From Chrysomallon squamiferum (taxonomy: Eukaryota > Animalia > Mollusca), in assembly GCA_012295275.1 (NCBI GenBank), contig CM022679.1:28768001-28832000 (forward strand): a stretch of 64,000 nt of DNA, in the 5' to 3' direction. This document shows, one piece after another, positions 1 to 15,666 of the stretch. The position numbers were made by a program, and so were the translations under genes. The number at the start of each line of letters is the position of its first letter. Position 1 is the stretch's first letter. The notes below the pieces were generated by a model that was given only the letters and a program-made list of their open reading frames with translations, was not told the DNA's origin and ran no database searches.

Positions 1-668
1 AAACATTAAAAACCAGTCTGCGAGGTTAAGAAAACAATTACCTCACTCTTCTCCCCATAAACATACATACATAGACATAGATATATGAATATATATATAT
101 ATATATATGTATGTATATATGTATGTATGTAGGTATGTATGTATGTATACATACATACATACATACATACATACTTACACATACACACATACATACATAC
201 ATTCATATATATATACATGCACGCATGCATACTTATATACACACATACATACATACATATACACTTATATATATATGCCATGCACATATACATTCTTAGA
301 TACATACTTACAGACATACTTAAATACATATATACATACACGCATTCATAATTGCACACATGTACTTTCATACATAGACATCAGCCTACCTAAATACATA
401 CATACATACGAAGTTATATATAAATATAATTTGTGTTCTTTAAACGTTAAAACTTAAAGTGAGACGTGAACAACAAAAGTCAAGATTTAAATTATTTTCT
501 CGACAGCAACATCAGTTCATCCGTTTCTACACCACCCTGGGACGACATTAATGACTGGAGTAGATTTATCTGCTTTGCTTTCGAAGAAAAAAGAAAAGAA
601 AAGGAAGCAACTAGGTTTATTTTAGATTTATGAATTAAGTTTTGTACCCTCAATTTATATCATTGCAG

Positions 669-1358
669 CTTTTCGACTTGTCCATTTTGTTATTGAAGTC
701 TTTGTGAGGAATCCTAAAAACTGTGCCGAAGCCAAAGTCACTGTGTGTTATAATCATACTGGAGCGGCGCTAGGAGCTTCTGAGACGAGAAGCTTCGCTT
801 GTGAGAGACCAACAACAGGTCGATTTGTCAGAATCAGAAAGTGGAAGCAAGATTATGTTCTCACTTTGTGTGAAGTTCAGGTTTTCGGCCAGCGAAAAAT
901 TGGTAAACTTTATAATAAACGTAATGGTAAAAAATTATGTAAATAATGTTGTAGCTGTATCTTATTAAATGCGTTATAGATATGGTATTTTATTAATGTA
1001 ATTTAGATTGAATGGCGAGAATATAATATGTTTCTTTTCTTAGCCTCTGTAAAATATCGTACGTTGATAATAAACACTGAAATGTTTGTCGTTAAACTGA
1101 TATTTCTCGTCTGTTTTAGGTTGTGAAAATCCAGTTCATTTCAATCGACTTAGACAAACACGACTAAAATCAGATAACCCTCTGGTACTGACCACACCCC
1201 TGATGAACTGTGCTATTGAGTGTGTGAAAAATGGCGCCTGTCTGGCTTTCAACTTCAACACTGAAATTCAGCAGTGTGAACTCATCTTTCATCCTCAGTT
1301 TGGCGAGACAACTGAGAAGAATTCCGTGTGGGACTACTACGGATCAGATTTGTGTTAA
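669..1358 (+). CDS. F-type lectin + PAN/apple protein, copy A (5'-partial; exons 3-4 only)
   Basis: Exon 669-902 (cattgcag|..., FRLVHFVIEVF...CYNHTG...GRFVRIRK...LTLCEVQVFG, the FTLD C-terminal half) and exon 1120-1358 (GCENP...NCAIECVKNGACLAFNFNTEIQQCELIF...WDYYGSDLC*, PAN/apple). Phase-1 GT-AG intron. Bases 1-668 match intron 2 of copies E/F. Confidence 0.88.
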
Positions 1359-2639
1359 AACAGACGATCACCAAAAATTATTTGTGACGTACAAACTGTA
1401 ACGTGTAAACAAAAACACATAGATACTGTTAACTAATATCACTAGAAACTATATAATATGTGTCATTGTTTACGTACAAAGTTTTCGGTTTCATGTTCGA
1501 TCGAAGGCACCACTGTGATCTATATATATACATATATACTGTATAACCGAGTCAGATCTTGTCGAGTGAACAGTCAAGGGAATGTAAATAATTAAGTATA
1601 CAGTTACATTAACAAATGTCTAGAGACGTTTACAAAACAGATCTATTCCGTTGAGGCAGAAATATATATGCTGTTTTGCTTCACTTCATCTCTGTCGACA
1701 TGATTGTGAATGACTACTAAAGAATAAGTATGAGATAAAATAAACAGCTTGAATAATTGCAAAGAAAAAATCAGTAAAAGATATATATCAGTAAAAGATC
1801 CGAAAAAGGAGAACATTCTACCATTTGTGTGTGATTATTATTTAAAAACGAGTCGGATTGTGTCGACTGAAGTATCTAAAGACATTTACACTACAAACGT
1901 ATTTTTGTTTTGCTTCACTTCACCTCTGTCGATATAATTGTGAATGAATACTCGATAATAAGTATGAGAAATAAAAATTAAAAAAATGTTATGACTTTTT
2001 ATTGATACCGGGTTTTAAATAAGAAAGAAACCAATTTGAATAATTGCAAAGAAACAATCAATGTATCAGTAAGAGAACATGTCAATAAATGTAAATAAAC
2101 ACACACATATACACACACAAAACACATAAACATGATACAAATATGCATGTATCTCTCAATATATGTATGTATACATTTTATTTTGTTTTTGTATTTATTT
2201 TTTATATTTTATTTATTTTTTTATTATTATTTTTATTTTTTGACATTTCCTCATTCTGGTTAACTTCTTTTAGTGAAAAAAGATACACTGCTCGATCACC
2301 TGTCACTTGAGATATACGTGCATAAGAAAAGTACCAAAACAGGAAGCTGTCTTCATTTGACAACATAAATTACAAAACAGTGGACTTTTCGACAAAATTG
2401 TGCTCAGAAATAACATCAGAATCATCAAGCCTACCATTTCATTTACATTTACGTTGTCTAAATGCTAAATGATACTATTTATTTTTAGTCTACACGATTT
2501 CCAAGGGTTATCATACTCTTTTCCCGACACAAGTATGTCCAGAAATTAGTTCCAGTTTTTGAATCAACTGTACATTTGTTGAATGTTGAATTAAGATAAT
2601 CACAATTATTTGTAAGATTTCAGCATGTAAAGATATTGT

Positions 2640-3680
2640 CCTTTATAAACAAAACAGTGTACATTATACAAGTAAAATGTAATTTGTGTAGTCACTTTGT
2701 GAACAACATGCGATACTATTTACAACTGAAATGTAATTTGTACAGACCCTGCATAAACATCTCTGTGAACGTTTTACAATTAAAATGTAATTTGTACAGT
2801 GATTGTCTAAACAATACGATGTGTGTTATACGAGTAAAATGTAATTTGTACAGTGACTGTCTAAACAATACGATGTGTGTTCTACGAGTAAAATGTAATT
2901 TGTACAGTCACTGTCTAAACAATACGATGTGTGTTATACGAGTAACATGTAATTTGTACAGTCACTGTCTAAACAATACGATGTGTGTTATACGAGTAAA
3001 ATGTAATTTGTACAGTGACTGTCTAAACAATACGATGTGTGTTATACGAGTAAAATGTAATTTGTACAGTCACTGTCTAAACAATTATACGATGTGTGTT
3101 TTGTACGAGTAACATGTAATTTGTGTTATACGAGTAAGTGACTGTCTAAAACAATACGATGTGTGTTATACGAGTAAAATGTAATTTGTACAGTGACTGT
3201 CTAAACAATACGATGTGTGTTATACGAGTAAAATGTAATTTGTACAGTCACTGTCTAAACAATACGATGTGTGTTATAAACAATACGAGTAACATGTAAT
3301 TTGTACAGTGACTGTCTAAACAATACGATGTGTGTTATACATGTAATTTGTAAAATGTAATTTGTTATACAGTGACTGTCTAAAAACAATACGATGTGTA
3401 ATTTTATACGAAACAAAATGTAATTTGTACAGTCACTGTCTAAACAATACGATGTGTGTTATACGAGTAAAATGTAATTTGTACAGTGACTGTCTAAACA
3501 ATACGATGTGTGTTATACGAGTAAAATGTAATTTGTACAGTGACTGTCTAAACAATACGATGTGTGTTATACTGTCTAAACAATATGTGTGTTATACGAA
3601 AATGTAAAATGTAATTTGCTTCTAAACAATACGCAGAGAAACATGTAATTTGGGACTGTCTAAACAATACAACGCGGTGT
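2640..3680. repeat. 54-bp minisatellite (CGAGTAAAATGTAATTTGTACAGTGACTGTCTAAACAATACGATGTGTGTTATA)n
   Basis: Period 54 (e.g. 2831 to 2885); irregular after ~3080; explains the repetitive 18-aa ORFs at 2636 and 3362. Confidence 0.92.
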
Positions 3681-3871
3681 ACATTTTCTACAAATACGAA
3701 ATACTAAAATTCGATTTTAATTTAATTTTTTATAATTTCATTTTATTGTTGTTGTTGTTTTTAATTTAATTAAAACAATACGATGTGTTTTTTTTTTTTT
3801 TTGCTTGCATATTTTATTTATTTTAGTTTATTTTATTTTATTTTGTTTTTTTTTTTTTTTTGTTGCTTACC

Positions 3872-4660
3872 GAATGTTTACATTATTATACATTTGTTAC
3901 CAACTTACATTTATTTTACAATATTTTTGTTATCAGCATAGTCTAAGGTTCAATACATTGATTACGAACATACCTTATATTTGAGAACATTTATTATCAA
4001 CACAACACATCACAATTATAAAAACAGTTATAATTTCCGTACATTTATTATAAACCTGTATACATTTTTTATTAACACAGTTTATAGTTTAATAGTTTTA
4101 ACATCAAAACAGTTTATAATTTAATACTTTTATTCTCAACATAGATTATAATTTCATACTTTTATTATCAACAGTTAATAATTTTATTATCAACAGTTTC
4201 TATTTCAGTACATTTATTACCAACACATTTTCTATTTCATTACATTTATTATCAACATATTATATTTTTCAGTATATTTATTACCAGTACTGTTTATATT
4301 TCAGTATATTTGTTACATACAGTTTACATTTCAATTATTTTATTATGAACATAATTTACACTTCAGTATTTTATTTTTGGCTTAGTTTATAATTTAAAAC
4401 ATTTAGAATGATAACAGTATCAAATTTACTACTTTCTCGAAGAATTTACGTGTGTCATTCTGTATTCCTCACAGGCTATTTGTTTCTATATTAATATAAT
4501 AAAGATATGTTTATTTAGCTTTTATTTTATTTCATCCATTCGTTATTGACGTCGTTGTCGTCTTCACCTTCAAGAAACAACAGCCTTCCAATACTATTAT
4601 CATTATTGTTATTATTATTATCATTATCATCATCATCGTCATAATCATCAAACTATTATA
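3872..4660. repeat. Degenerate AT-rich ~30-bp tandem repeat block, duplicated downstream of copy B
   Basis: Units like TTTTATTATCAACATAGTTTATAATTTAATAC. The block and its flank (…TTATTGACGTCGTTGT…) recur at ~7935-8280 and ~8850-9290. Confidence 0.6.
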
Positions 4661-4748
4661 AGTATCACCTTTTCTATGCCAATTCTAGTATTTATTATAT
4701 TTATTTATACTCTTCTTTTTCCTTTCTTTCTTTCTTCTTCTTCTTCTT

Positions 4749-4817
<69 letters not shown>

Positions 4818-5392
4818 GTGTTATTTTTCTTGTTCTTGGCAGTAGTACTGCTTATTAATATAAAGTGATAATTCTTGCATGATTTCTAACGTCAAAAATT
4901 ATTAATCATAAAATTATCTGTTTTTACTTTCAACACATTTTTTGGAGAGAAACAAATGAAGATATTCAGATATTTGTACAAAGATTTATTCAGCCACTTA
5001 TCTGCCATTTTGTTCTCCTTTCAGAATATGTATACATGTCATATATTTTGAATTTTTGTCTTTGCTTCAGATTTTCAAGATTTTAGATAATAATTTTTCT
5101 TTCTGTAGTTTAGTTTTTTTTTATCTTAACGTCAACATGAATTCATTGCAGAGTTTTAGTTTTACTTCTGCAAAGAACACTTGAAACTTAGCAGTTATTT
5201 TCGGAGAGAATGCATCGTATTCTTTCAAATCAGTGACAAGGGATTCGTTTTTACTAATCAATGAGAAGATGTTTTCAAACAAGTCTTTCAAGTGTAGAAA
5301 ACCGTTACGACTAGAAATACAATATGTTATAGGTTGTTCAGTTTGGAGTATACAGAGATCTGAACAAGACGTAATTATAGTATTCTATCACA

Positions 5393-6265
5393 ATGTACAA
5401 ATACTTCTTCTTTTTCTTAGCGATCCTTTTCATCACTAGCTCTGAAGGTAAGAATGTGTTTGTTGTTGTGGGGGGGGTCTGAATTTAATTATATCGACAT
5501 AGTAACGTTCTTGTTATTTTATTTTATTTTATTTTTTTTTCATTTTTTTTTCTTCCCGCTGTTTTGCTTCTGTTATCTTTTGTATTTTGTATGCCCGCAT
5601 AAATTACGTTTATTTGATTGTCTTTGTGTACATTCACTATATCGAGGTGTGTATAAAATGCTGTAAAACATTCTTAATATCTCATTTATTATAATGATAA
5701 TGAATGAAGAACGAACACCTCTTTTTTCCCAGACAGTCTTTCTACAAATATCGCTGTCAACAAACCAGTATTGGCGAAAACTACCCTCCATTGGAAACAG
5801 GCTCTTCCACAACATGCTGTGGATGGCAACCTTGGCACACATTTTGAAACTGACGGTTGTTTTATTTCCGACTCCGGTGACAAAACACCTTGGTTGATCA
5901 TAGACTTAGAAGCGTCTTACATCATCCACACGGTTGCTTTGACCTATTTGGATAAATATGGTAAGTTCTTCGATCTAATAGTGAGAAATAATAATCAGAC
6001 AATATAATATTCACTGATACTTTTCATTGTTATCATTTGTGATTATATTTTCAATATCATTGTTTTTGTTGTTGGTTGCATTTATTATTAGTTTCGTTGT
6101 TGCTGGTGTTGTTGGTGTTGTTGCTCTTGTTGTTTTAGTTATAAATGATGGTTATTCAGATACTTCTTTACCATACTTATCTAATGTTTACTTTAAACTG
6201 TTAGCTGTCCTTGGAAGGTAATTAGTTCTTTTTGATCTCAAATAATTTATTTATTTACATGTTTG

Positions 6266-6297
<32 letters not shown>

Positions 6298-7157
6298 GTT
6301 ACTTACTTACTTACTTAGTTACTTACTTAATTACATATTCATATAAAGTTCTATATTAAAATTATTTTAATGTTAATTTTATATTTTCTATCTGTCTATC
6401 TATCTATTCATAATTTGTGTATTGATTTTGTTTTTACAACAGAGCGTCTTCATTATTTTGTCATTGAAATATCTGAGAAGAACCCATATAAATGTTTTCA
6501 GAAAACGTACTGTGTGTTACAAGAACACTGGACCGGCGCTAGGATTGTCAGAAACCAGGAACTTCACTTGTGAGAAACCAACTCGAGGTCGATTTCTGTT
6601 AATTAGAAATTGGAAAGAAGCTCTATATCTGACCTTGTGCGAGGTTCAGGTTTTCGGCGAACGAGACAATGGTGAGAAATTATTTGCATCACATAAACTT
6701 TATTTTTGATAACTTTTTTAATATATTTTATCATGACAGTTTCTTATTTTAATTTTTTTTTTTTCCTGCCACAATATGTTTGTATACTGTCTCTCTTTCT
6801 TTCTCGATCTATCCTTCTATGTATATATATTTGTCAACCTATCTAAGTAGATATCTCTGACTTTCTCCTTTTTATGATATGACAACATCAAAATTCATTT
6901 ATTTCTTAATTATTTCAGTTTGTGAAAATCCAAGTCGGTTTCCCAGGGTCAAACAAACACGACTGATTTCTAACCATTCTGAGATATCGAACATGCCCAT
7001 CACGAAATGTCCTTTGATGTGTATCAAGAATGTGAAATGTCTGGCTTTCAACTTCAACACTGAAACTGAACAATGTGAACTCATCTTTCATCCACGGTTT
7101 GCCTTGAACATTCAGAAAGATTCCCAGTGGGACTACTACGGAATTGACTTGTGCTAA
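5393..7157 (+). CDS. F-type lectin + PAN/apple protein, copy B (divergent; -2 frameshift in exon 3, pseudogene or assembly error)
   Basis: Exons 5393-5447 (signal MYKYFFFFLAILFITSSE), 5733-5960 (NIAVNKP...AVDGN...PWLIIDLE), 6443-6671 (229 nt, frame break near 6493-6510 after NPYKC), 6919-7157 (PAN, ...WDYYGIDLC*). All introns phase 1, GT-AG. Confidence 0.82.
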
Positions 7158-7867
7158 ATGGGACAATGAGAAAGAAATACAAATATTTTCGTGAATACAT
7201 ATAAGTAGCGTACATAATAACAAATGAATATTTTCTATTTAATGATAAATTATCATCAAATGACGGAGATAAGTTTAGAGATAAAGATGGAACGATGTTA
7301 CATTTATAGTAAAGAAAGGTAACACGGCCAACACTGAAAGGGTCCACAAACTGAAATTCTGAATTTTCTCTATGACAACACAGCTAATATTAACGACACA
7401 CAACAGATCGCTTGAAAATCTTTAAGTGACTTCCTGCGAGAGTGAACAATTCGATTTATCACAGTTACATTTTATTTACAAACATTATAAATACAGATAT
7501 AAAAAAAAAACAAGCATGCAGTCACACATACATACATGGATACATGGATACATGGATTTATGGATACAGGGATACAAAAATGCATACATACATACAGATA
7601 TATAAATATTTATTTATAGACCAGTCTCAGTGCAGACATTATAACTATTGATATAATATTTAAGTATAAGTTTGTTACATTTTACAGGTTTCTTTTTTGT
7701 TTTTTACTTTACTCTCATTTAGCCATTTCCTTTTACTGCTGTTTCTCTGGTTTTACACTTATTTGTTTCTATTATCTAAACTGTCAGTTTAGTATTATTG
7801 TTATTATTATTATAATTTTGATCATTATCATAATTATTATTATTTTTAAAAAAAGTATTATTTATTG

Positions 7868-7927
<60 letters not shown>

Positions 7928-8448
7928 GCATATCTAATGTTTATATAATTTGTTACCAACTTACTTTTTACTTTACAACAACTTTATTATCTCTACAGTC
8001 TAATGTTCAATACATTTTTTACCAACATAGTTTATATTTGAGAAATTTTATTATCAATACAGTACATCACAGTTATCAAAATAGTTTAAATTTCCGTACA
8101 TTTGTTATAAACCTCTATATAGCACACTTTATACTTTAACAGTTTTAAAATCAAAACAGTTTATAATTTAATACTTTTATTTTCAACATAGATTATAGTT
8201 TGATAATTTTATTATCAACATAGTTTATTATTTAATACTTTTATTATCAACATAGTTTACAGTTTAATACTTTTATTATCATATATACATATATACTCCC
8301 AAATCACTTGCAGACATTATCATTATTGATGTTATATTTAAATAAATATCTGCTACATGCTACAGTTTTTTTCTTTACTCTAATTTTTTCATTTATTCTA
8401 GAATATTAATATCATAGTTGTGTATCTCTTTGTTTCTATTAAAGTGTT

Positions 8449-8481
<33 letters not shown>

Positions 8482-9618
8482 CATTACAATTATTTTGATA
8501 ACTGTTGCTGTTGTCTAGTTATTCTTGCTTTTGTTACTGTTGAGGTCTTCACATTATCGTTGTTATTTCATTATTATTATTATTACTGGTGATTTTATTT
8601 ATCAACAAATAATATTTCGGAATTTTTGTTTCATAGTTTATAGTGGGTTTGTTTGTTTTGGGGCTTTGTGTTGTTTGTTGGGGTTTTTGTGTGTTTTTTT
8701 TTTTTTTTGTTTGTTGTTCTTGTTGTTATGTTGTTGTTGTTCGTCTTCTTTTTTGTGGGGAGTTTTCTAGATTTCTTTTGTGTGTGTGTATATATATATA
8801 AATATATTGCATATGAATAATTTTCATTCCTCGCCTTTCATGTCAACGTACTTTATATTTCAATATTTTGATAATTAATATTTCAGTATGTTTATCATCC
8901 ACGTAATTTATAAATTGAAAATATCAGCATAGCTTTTATTTTAGTACATTTATTACTACCGTTGTTTATAGATTTATACTTAGTCTGTATTTTAATATAG
9001 TTACTCTCATGATAGTCTACACTTCATTACGTTTGTATTTCAGTACACTTCTTACCAACACATTTTCATGAATAGTATTTGTTAACGCGTATTATTCTGC
9101 ATTCCTTACACTGTGTTCGTTTCTGTGTTAATAAAATAAAGATTTTATCTATTTAGTTTTTATTTTATTTCTTCTATTCATTATTGACGTCGTTGTTGTC
9201 TTGATCGTCATCAAACCTCAGCCCGCTAATGTTATTATGATTATCATCATCATCATAATCATCATCGTCGTCATCATCATCATAAAACTATAATTTCAGA
9301 ATTGTTTAGTGTGACGTGCTACTTTACTTTCTACACTGAAATTACAGAAATAACAATAGACTCTGTAGTTAAAAATTGACTCCTTAAAGTTCTCTGAAGT
9401 TTCATGTTCGTGCAACCATTTCTTCTGAGCCTCAGATTCTAACTCTTCTTCTAATCTTTTGTTAATAAATTAAAACTTAGAATTATTATCATAATTGTTA
9501 ACTGACGAAAATACTTGTATTGATTGATTTCAAGTGTAGAAAACCGTTAAGACTACAGATTGTTCAGTTTGGAGTATGCAGAGATCTGAACAAGACGTAA
9601 TTACAGTATTCTACTGCA

Positions 9619-10047
9619 ATGTACAAATACGTCTTCATCTTTTTCTTAATGATCCTTTTAAAGAAAATTATGATATCGATATCCTGATGTTTCTGTAATA
9701 TTTTTTGCATTTTGAATGCTTTGTTTTAGCAGGCTGTTATTTCACGAGTTGGTACCAGAATAAACTATGATATGTTCCATTGCAAATGAAGAATTTCTTA
9801 ATAAAATAGAGACCTGCTTCAGGCTGTAGGTAGTAGACGTCAGCATTTGTCTCTTTATTAATAATTAGAAATAACCTTTGGAGATGCATTTCATTTTCTA
9901 TGACAGTCAGTGGAAAATAGTTAAACTTTTAAGTCCCTTCTAAACCGAAAAGCTTTTTCCTTATTTTTTTATATATTTTTTTTAATTTTATATACATATA
10001 TATATATATATATATATTATTTTATTTTGTTATTGTTTGTTTGCTTG

Positions 10048-10094
<47 letters not shown>

Positions 10095-10130
10095 TAGCAT
10101 TAATATAGTAATAATTATTGCTACACGTTT

Positions 10131-10187
<57 letters not shown>

Positions 10188-11292
10188 ACACACACACGCA
10201 CAGATATATATTTTTTTGTACTAGTTTTTGTTTATTATTTTCATCAGAGTATATTTTGATAATTATATATATATAGGTATAAAATAATAAACAGCTCAGG
10301 AATATTTTTATAAATCGATAGTTTTGTACCAGTACAAGCTGTCCTTCGAGATAGGTGTAGATGTGTGTTACTAATGAATGAGGGCACGGTTCTCTTAACT
10401 CTTTCGTGTGTAGAAAGCCGTTATGACCAAGAGTGAAACGGCTACAAGATGTCCAGTCACAATAACAATACAAACAGTCCTCAGAGATCAGCATTTCGTT
10501 TATTAATGAATGAGAAACTATATCCAGTGAACTCTCGCAAATTTAGTGTACCGTTACGACTATAAACAAGACAGTGCTAGAGATTGCTTAGTTTGCAGCA
10601 GATATTTAACAAGACGTAAATATGCGACACTTCTGAGAGAGAATATACAACATTTTAAACATGGGATATGGATTTTAAAGCTCATTTTCTTTGTTTTTCG
10701 GATGATTGCTTTAATGACATCACTCTTAATAAACCTGCAATCATGATTTCTGCCTTGGTTCATGCAAAAGCAGCAAACCAATATGCAGTTGATGGCAACA
10801 GTGATTTGAATACAGACGGATGTGCAATAATGGCTAGTTCTGACGACTGGTAGACTTAGAAAATACGTATACTCTCCACATTTTAACCACCAGAAATATA
10901 GAAGGTGAAATTCGTTATCAGTGAAATAACAACATACTTACAAAAAGTGATATAATAAGATGTCAGTATATAAAATAAATACAAAGTATTAATACAGAAA
11001 TTAATATGTAAGAAATTAGAAACAAAAAAGCAAGATATTCTTCTCAATCAGTTTCTGAATTATTTTCCATTTCAGTTGTTTTTCTCGTTGTTCAACCGAT
11101 ATAACTAGAGTGATATTTTCTGTATTGCTGTCTGTATGAAAGATTTAAAGTTGTTTTATAAGTAATAAATGTTTCTGTTCAGAGCTATGAATTATATACG
11201 GATTAGTAAAAACAAAAAAGGTTTTAAAAGATATCAGTAAATACCCAGTAAATATTCTTGCGTTCTTCTTTGTCTTCTTCTTCTTCTTCTTC

Positions 11293-11369
<77 letters not shown>

Positions 11370-11377
11370 GTTATTGT

Positions 11378-11413
<36 letters not shown>

Positions 11414-11669
11414 CTTGAAAATAATTGTTATTATTATTATTATTAATTTTAAACCATACGACTGTAATCAATGGTATGTGATCGTTCTTCCTCATCGCGA
11501 GTACAGGGTTATTTGTGGAACAGCAAATTTGTCTGACAATCTGTGAAGTTCAGATTTTTGAAAAAATCGAAACTGTTAAAAGTAAGTACAGAAGAAATAT
11601 GTATCTACGGGTCTATGTATATGTCTATATAAGTGTGTGTGTAAATATATGAGTATATGTACGTTAGTG

Positions 11670-11711
<42 letters not shown>

Positions 11712-12293
11712 CGTCGTGTGTGTGTATGTATATGTGCCTTTCTGGTTGAATGTGTGTTTGTATGTTATGTATATATGTGCATAAGTGTGTATGTGTGTGA
11801 ATGTGTGTGTTTGTATGTGTGCGTGGGTGTGTATATGTTAATGTGTGTGTCTGTATCTATGTGTATAGATATGTATGTGTATCTCTTGAGTTTATTGAGT
11901 TTTCTGATAAATATTTTATACAAATTCTTCATGTTATATATATTTGTGTTTTCAAGAGGAATATAATTCTTTTCTTTTTCTTCTTTATATTCGTGTTGTC
12001 GTGTGGAATGTAAGTCACTTTGACATGTTCTGTATATTTCTGAAATTATTTCAGGTTGTGGAAACCCAACACCTTTTCTCCGGGTGAAACAAACACGGGT
12101 GGTTTCCAATAGTTCTGTCAGGTCGACCACGCCCATCGTGAAATGTCCTTTGATGTGTATGAGTAATGTGAAATGTCTGGCTTTCAATTTCAACACTCAA
12201 ACTGAACAATGTGAACTCATCTTTCATCCAGAGTTTGCCTTGAACATCCAGAACGATTCCCACTGGGACTATTACGGATCTGACTTGTGCTGA
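9619..12293 (+). pseudogene. Decayed F-type lectin + PAN copy C; PAN exon intact
   Basis: Signal-exon remnant at 9619 (MYKYVFIFF..., no donor). Exon-2 remnant ~10702-10904 (ITLNKPAI...AVDGN...W* then VDLENTY in another frame; acceptor reads TTTCGG). Exon-3 remnant ~11452-11582 (LTICEVQIF). Intact 239-nt PAN exon 12055-12293. Confidence 0.78.
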
Positions 12294-12496
12294 AACAATG
12301 AGTCAATAAAAGACAACAACAGAACTTGAACATCCAGAACGATTCCCACTGGGACTATTACGGATCTGACTTGTGCTGAAACAACGAGTCAGTAAAAGAC
12401 AACAACAGAACTTGAACATCCAGAACGATTCCCAGTGGGACTATTACGGATCTGACTTGTGCTGAAACAATGAGTCAATAAAAGACAACAACAGAA
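12239..12496 (+). repeat. 3 x 86-bp tandem triplication of the PAN exon 3' end, stop codon and polyA signal
   Basis: Units start at 12239, 12325 and 12411 (CTTGAACATCCAGAACGATTCCCA...GACAACAACAGAA). Confidence 0.93.
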
Positions 12497-13115
12497 AACA
12501 GAAACGAAGAAAGAAAATAAATCATTTTGTCTTAGATGGGAACAAATTAGAAAACAGGTTTGTTTTTATTGTTGGTTGAATTGTGGGGTGGGATTTGGTT
12601 TTTTGTTTTGATTATTCTTGTTGTTTGTTTGTTGTTATTGTTCTTTTTGTTTTTGGGGGGGGCTGTTGTTGTTGCTGAGTTTGGTGTTTTTTTTTTTTAT
12701 TGTTGTTTTTGTTGTTTGTTTCGGGTTGTTGTTGATGTTTTATGTTTTGTTTGTTCTGTAGGGTTATAGGTGTTTTCTCGTGTTTGCTGTTATTTTTCTG
12801 GTTGTTATTTTTATTTTTAGTCAGGCAAATCGTAAGACATTTATTTATTGCTATATCCTTCTCCGTCTTTATTTATCAGTTTATTTATCTATTTTATTTA
12901 TTTATTCATTTATTTATATCAGAATTTATTTATCAATATTTGTCTATTATTTATTTATTTATTTATTTACTTCTTTATTCATTCATTCATTCATACATTT
13001 ATTTATCTCCGAATATATTTATCAGTTTATTCTTTTTTTTTCATTTATTTCATTTAGTGTTAATGGACTTTGCACCCACAGAGTTTCTCATAAAACAAAA
13101 ATACACGCACGCACA

Positions 13116-13153
<38 letters not shown>

Positions 13154-13717
13154 AATATATTCACTGATTTTTTATTTCAATTGTTGTTAAAACGTTTTCT
13201 CACTAAAATACAACGAGGTGAACAAAAACATTTCCTCATTCATCTTTCACTTCTGTGTATGAAGCCACATTTCATAAAATACAAAGAGATGAAGACAGCC
13301 ATTTCTTCATTTACCTTTCACTTGTGTGCATGAAGCCACATCTCAACACTAAAAAGCTGGATGGACATACTGAACTCTAATACTCACTACCATGGTTTTT
13401 CCTTCTACTCTGGCTCCTGTATATTTAACTTGACTTGACATTCGTATTTTATATTATAACACACTGACACCGGCTGTTGAGTAATTTGTTAGTTCCCGTG
13501 ATATAAACATTAGATATCGTATAACTCACGCTATTAAAATTATATGAAACTTTTGAATGCAGATTTTCAATAAGCTAATCATGTGGGACCTACTATGGTG
13601 TAATCCTAGCCCATTGACTGTTACTGTTGATATAAACAAACAGCTGAACTGCAGTAATATAATTTTGTATAAGTTTAGTTAGTGTCTGGACACGAGTGAA
13701 AACACAAATCTACCACC

Positions 13718-15666
<1,949 letters not shown>

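Noticed and set aside
6-457. Low-complexity ORFs (YIHT, ERER, SLSL, poly-I/N/Y) here and throughout the window
   Set aside because: Read-through of (TACA)n, (GA)n and (ATT)n microsatellites in introns and intergenic DNA.
704-946. Track ORFs treated as standalone small proteins (e.g. MRNPKNC…, MALDKP…)
   Set aside because: They are internal exons with GTG/TTG pseudo-starts and run into introns; the spliced models explain them.
2636-3607. Cys-rich repetitive ORFs (VKCNLYSDCLNNTMCVIR)n and (VKCNLFVQTLTNYKVYDLQ)n at 25261-25728
   Set aside because: Translations of 54- and 57-bp satellites whose period happens to be a multiple of 3; the related 58-bp array has no frame, and there are no splice or signal features.
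5689-7347. Antisense ORFs over lectin, EF-hand, DCUN1D3 and TAB1 exons
   Set aside because: Shadow ORFs of GC-richer coding exons with no recognisable domains.
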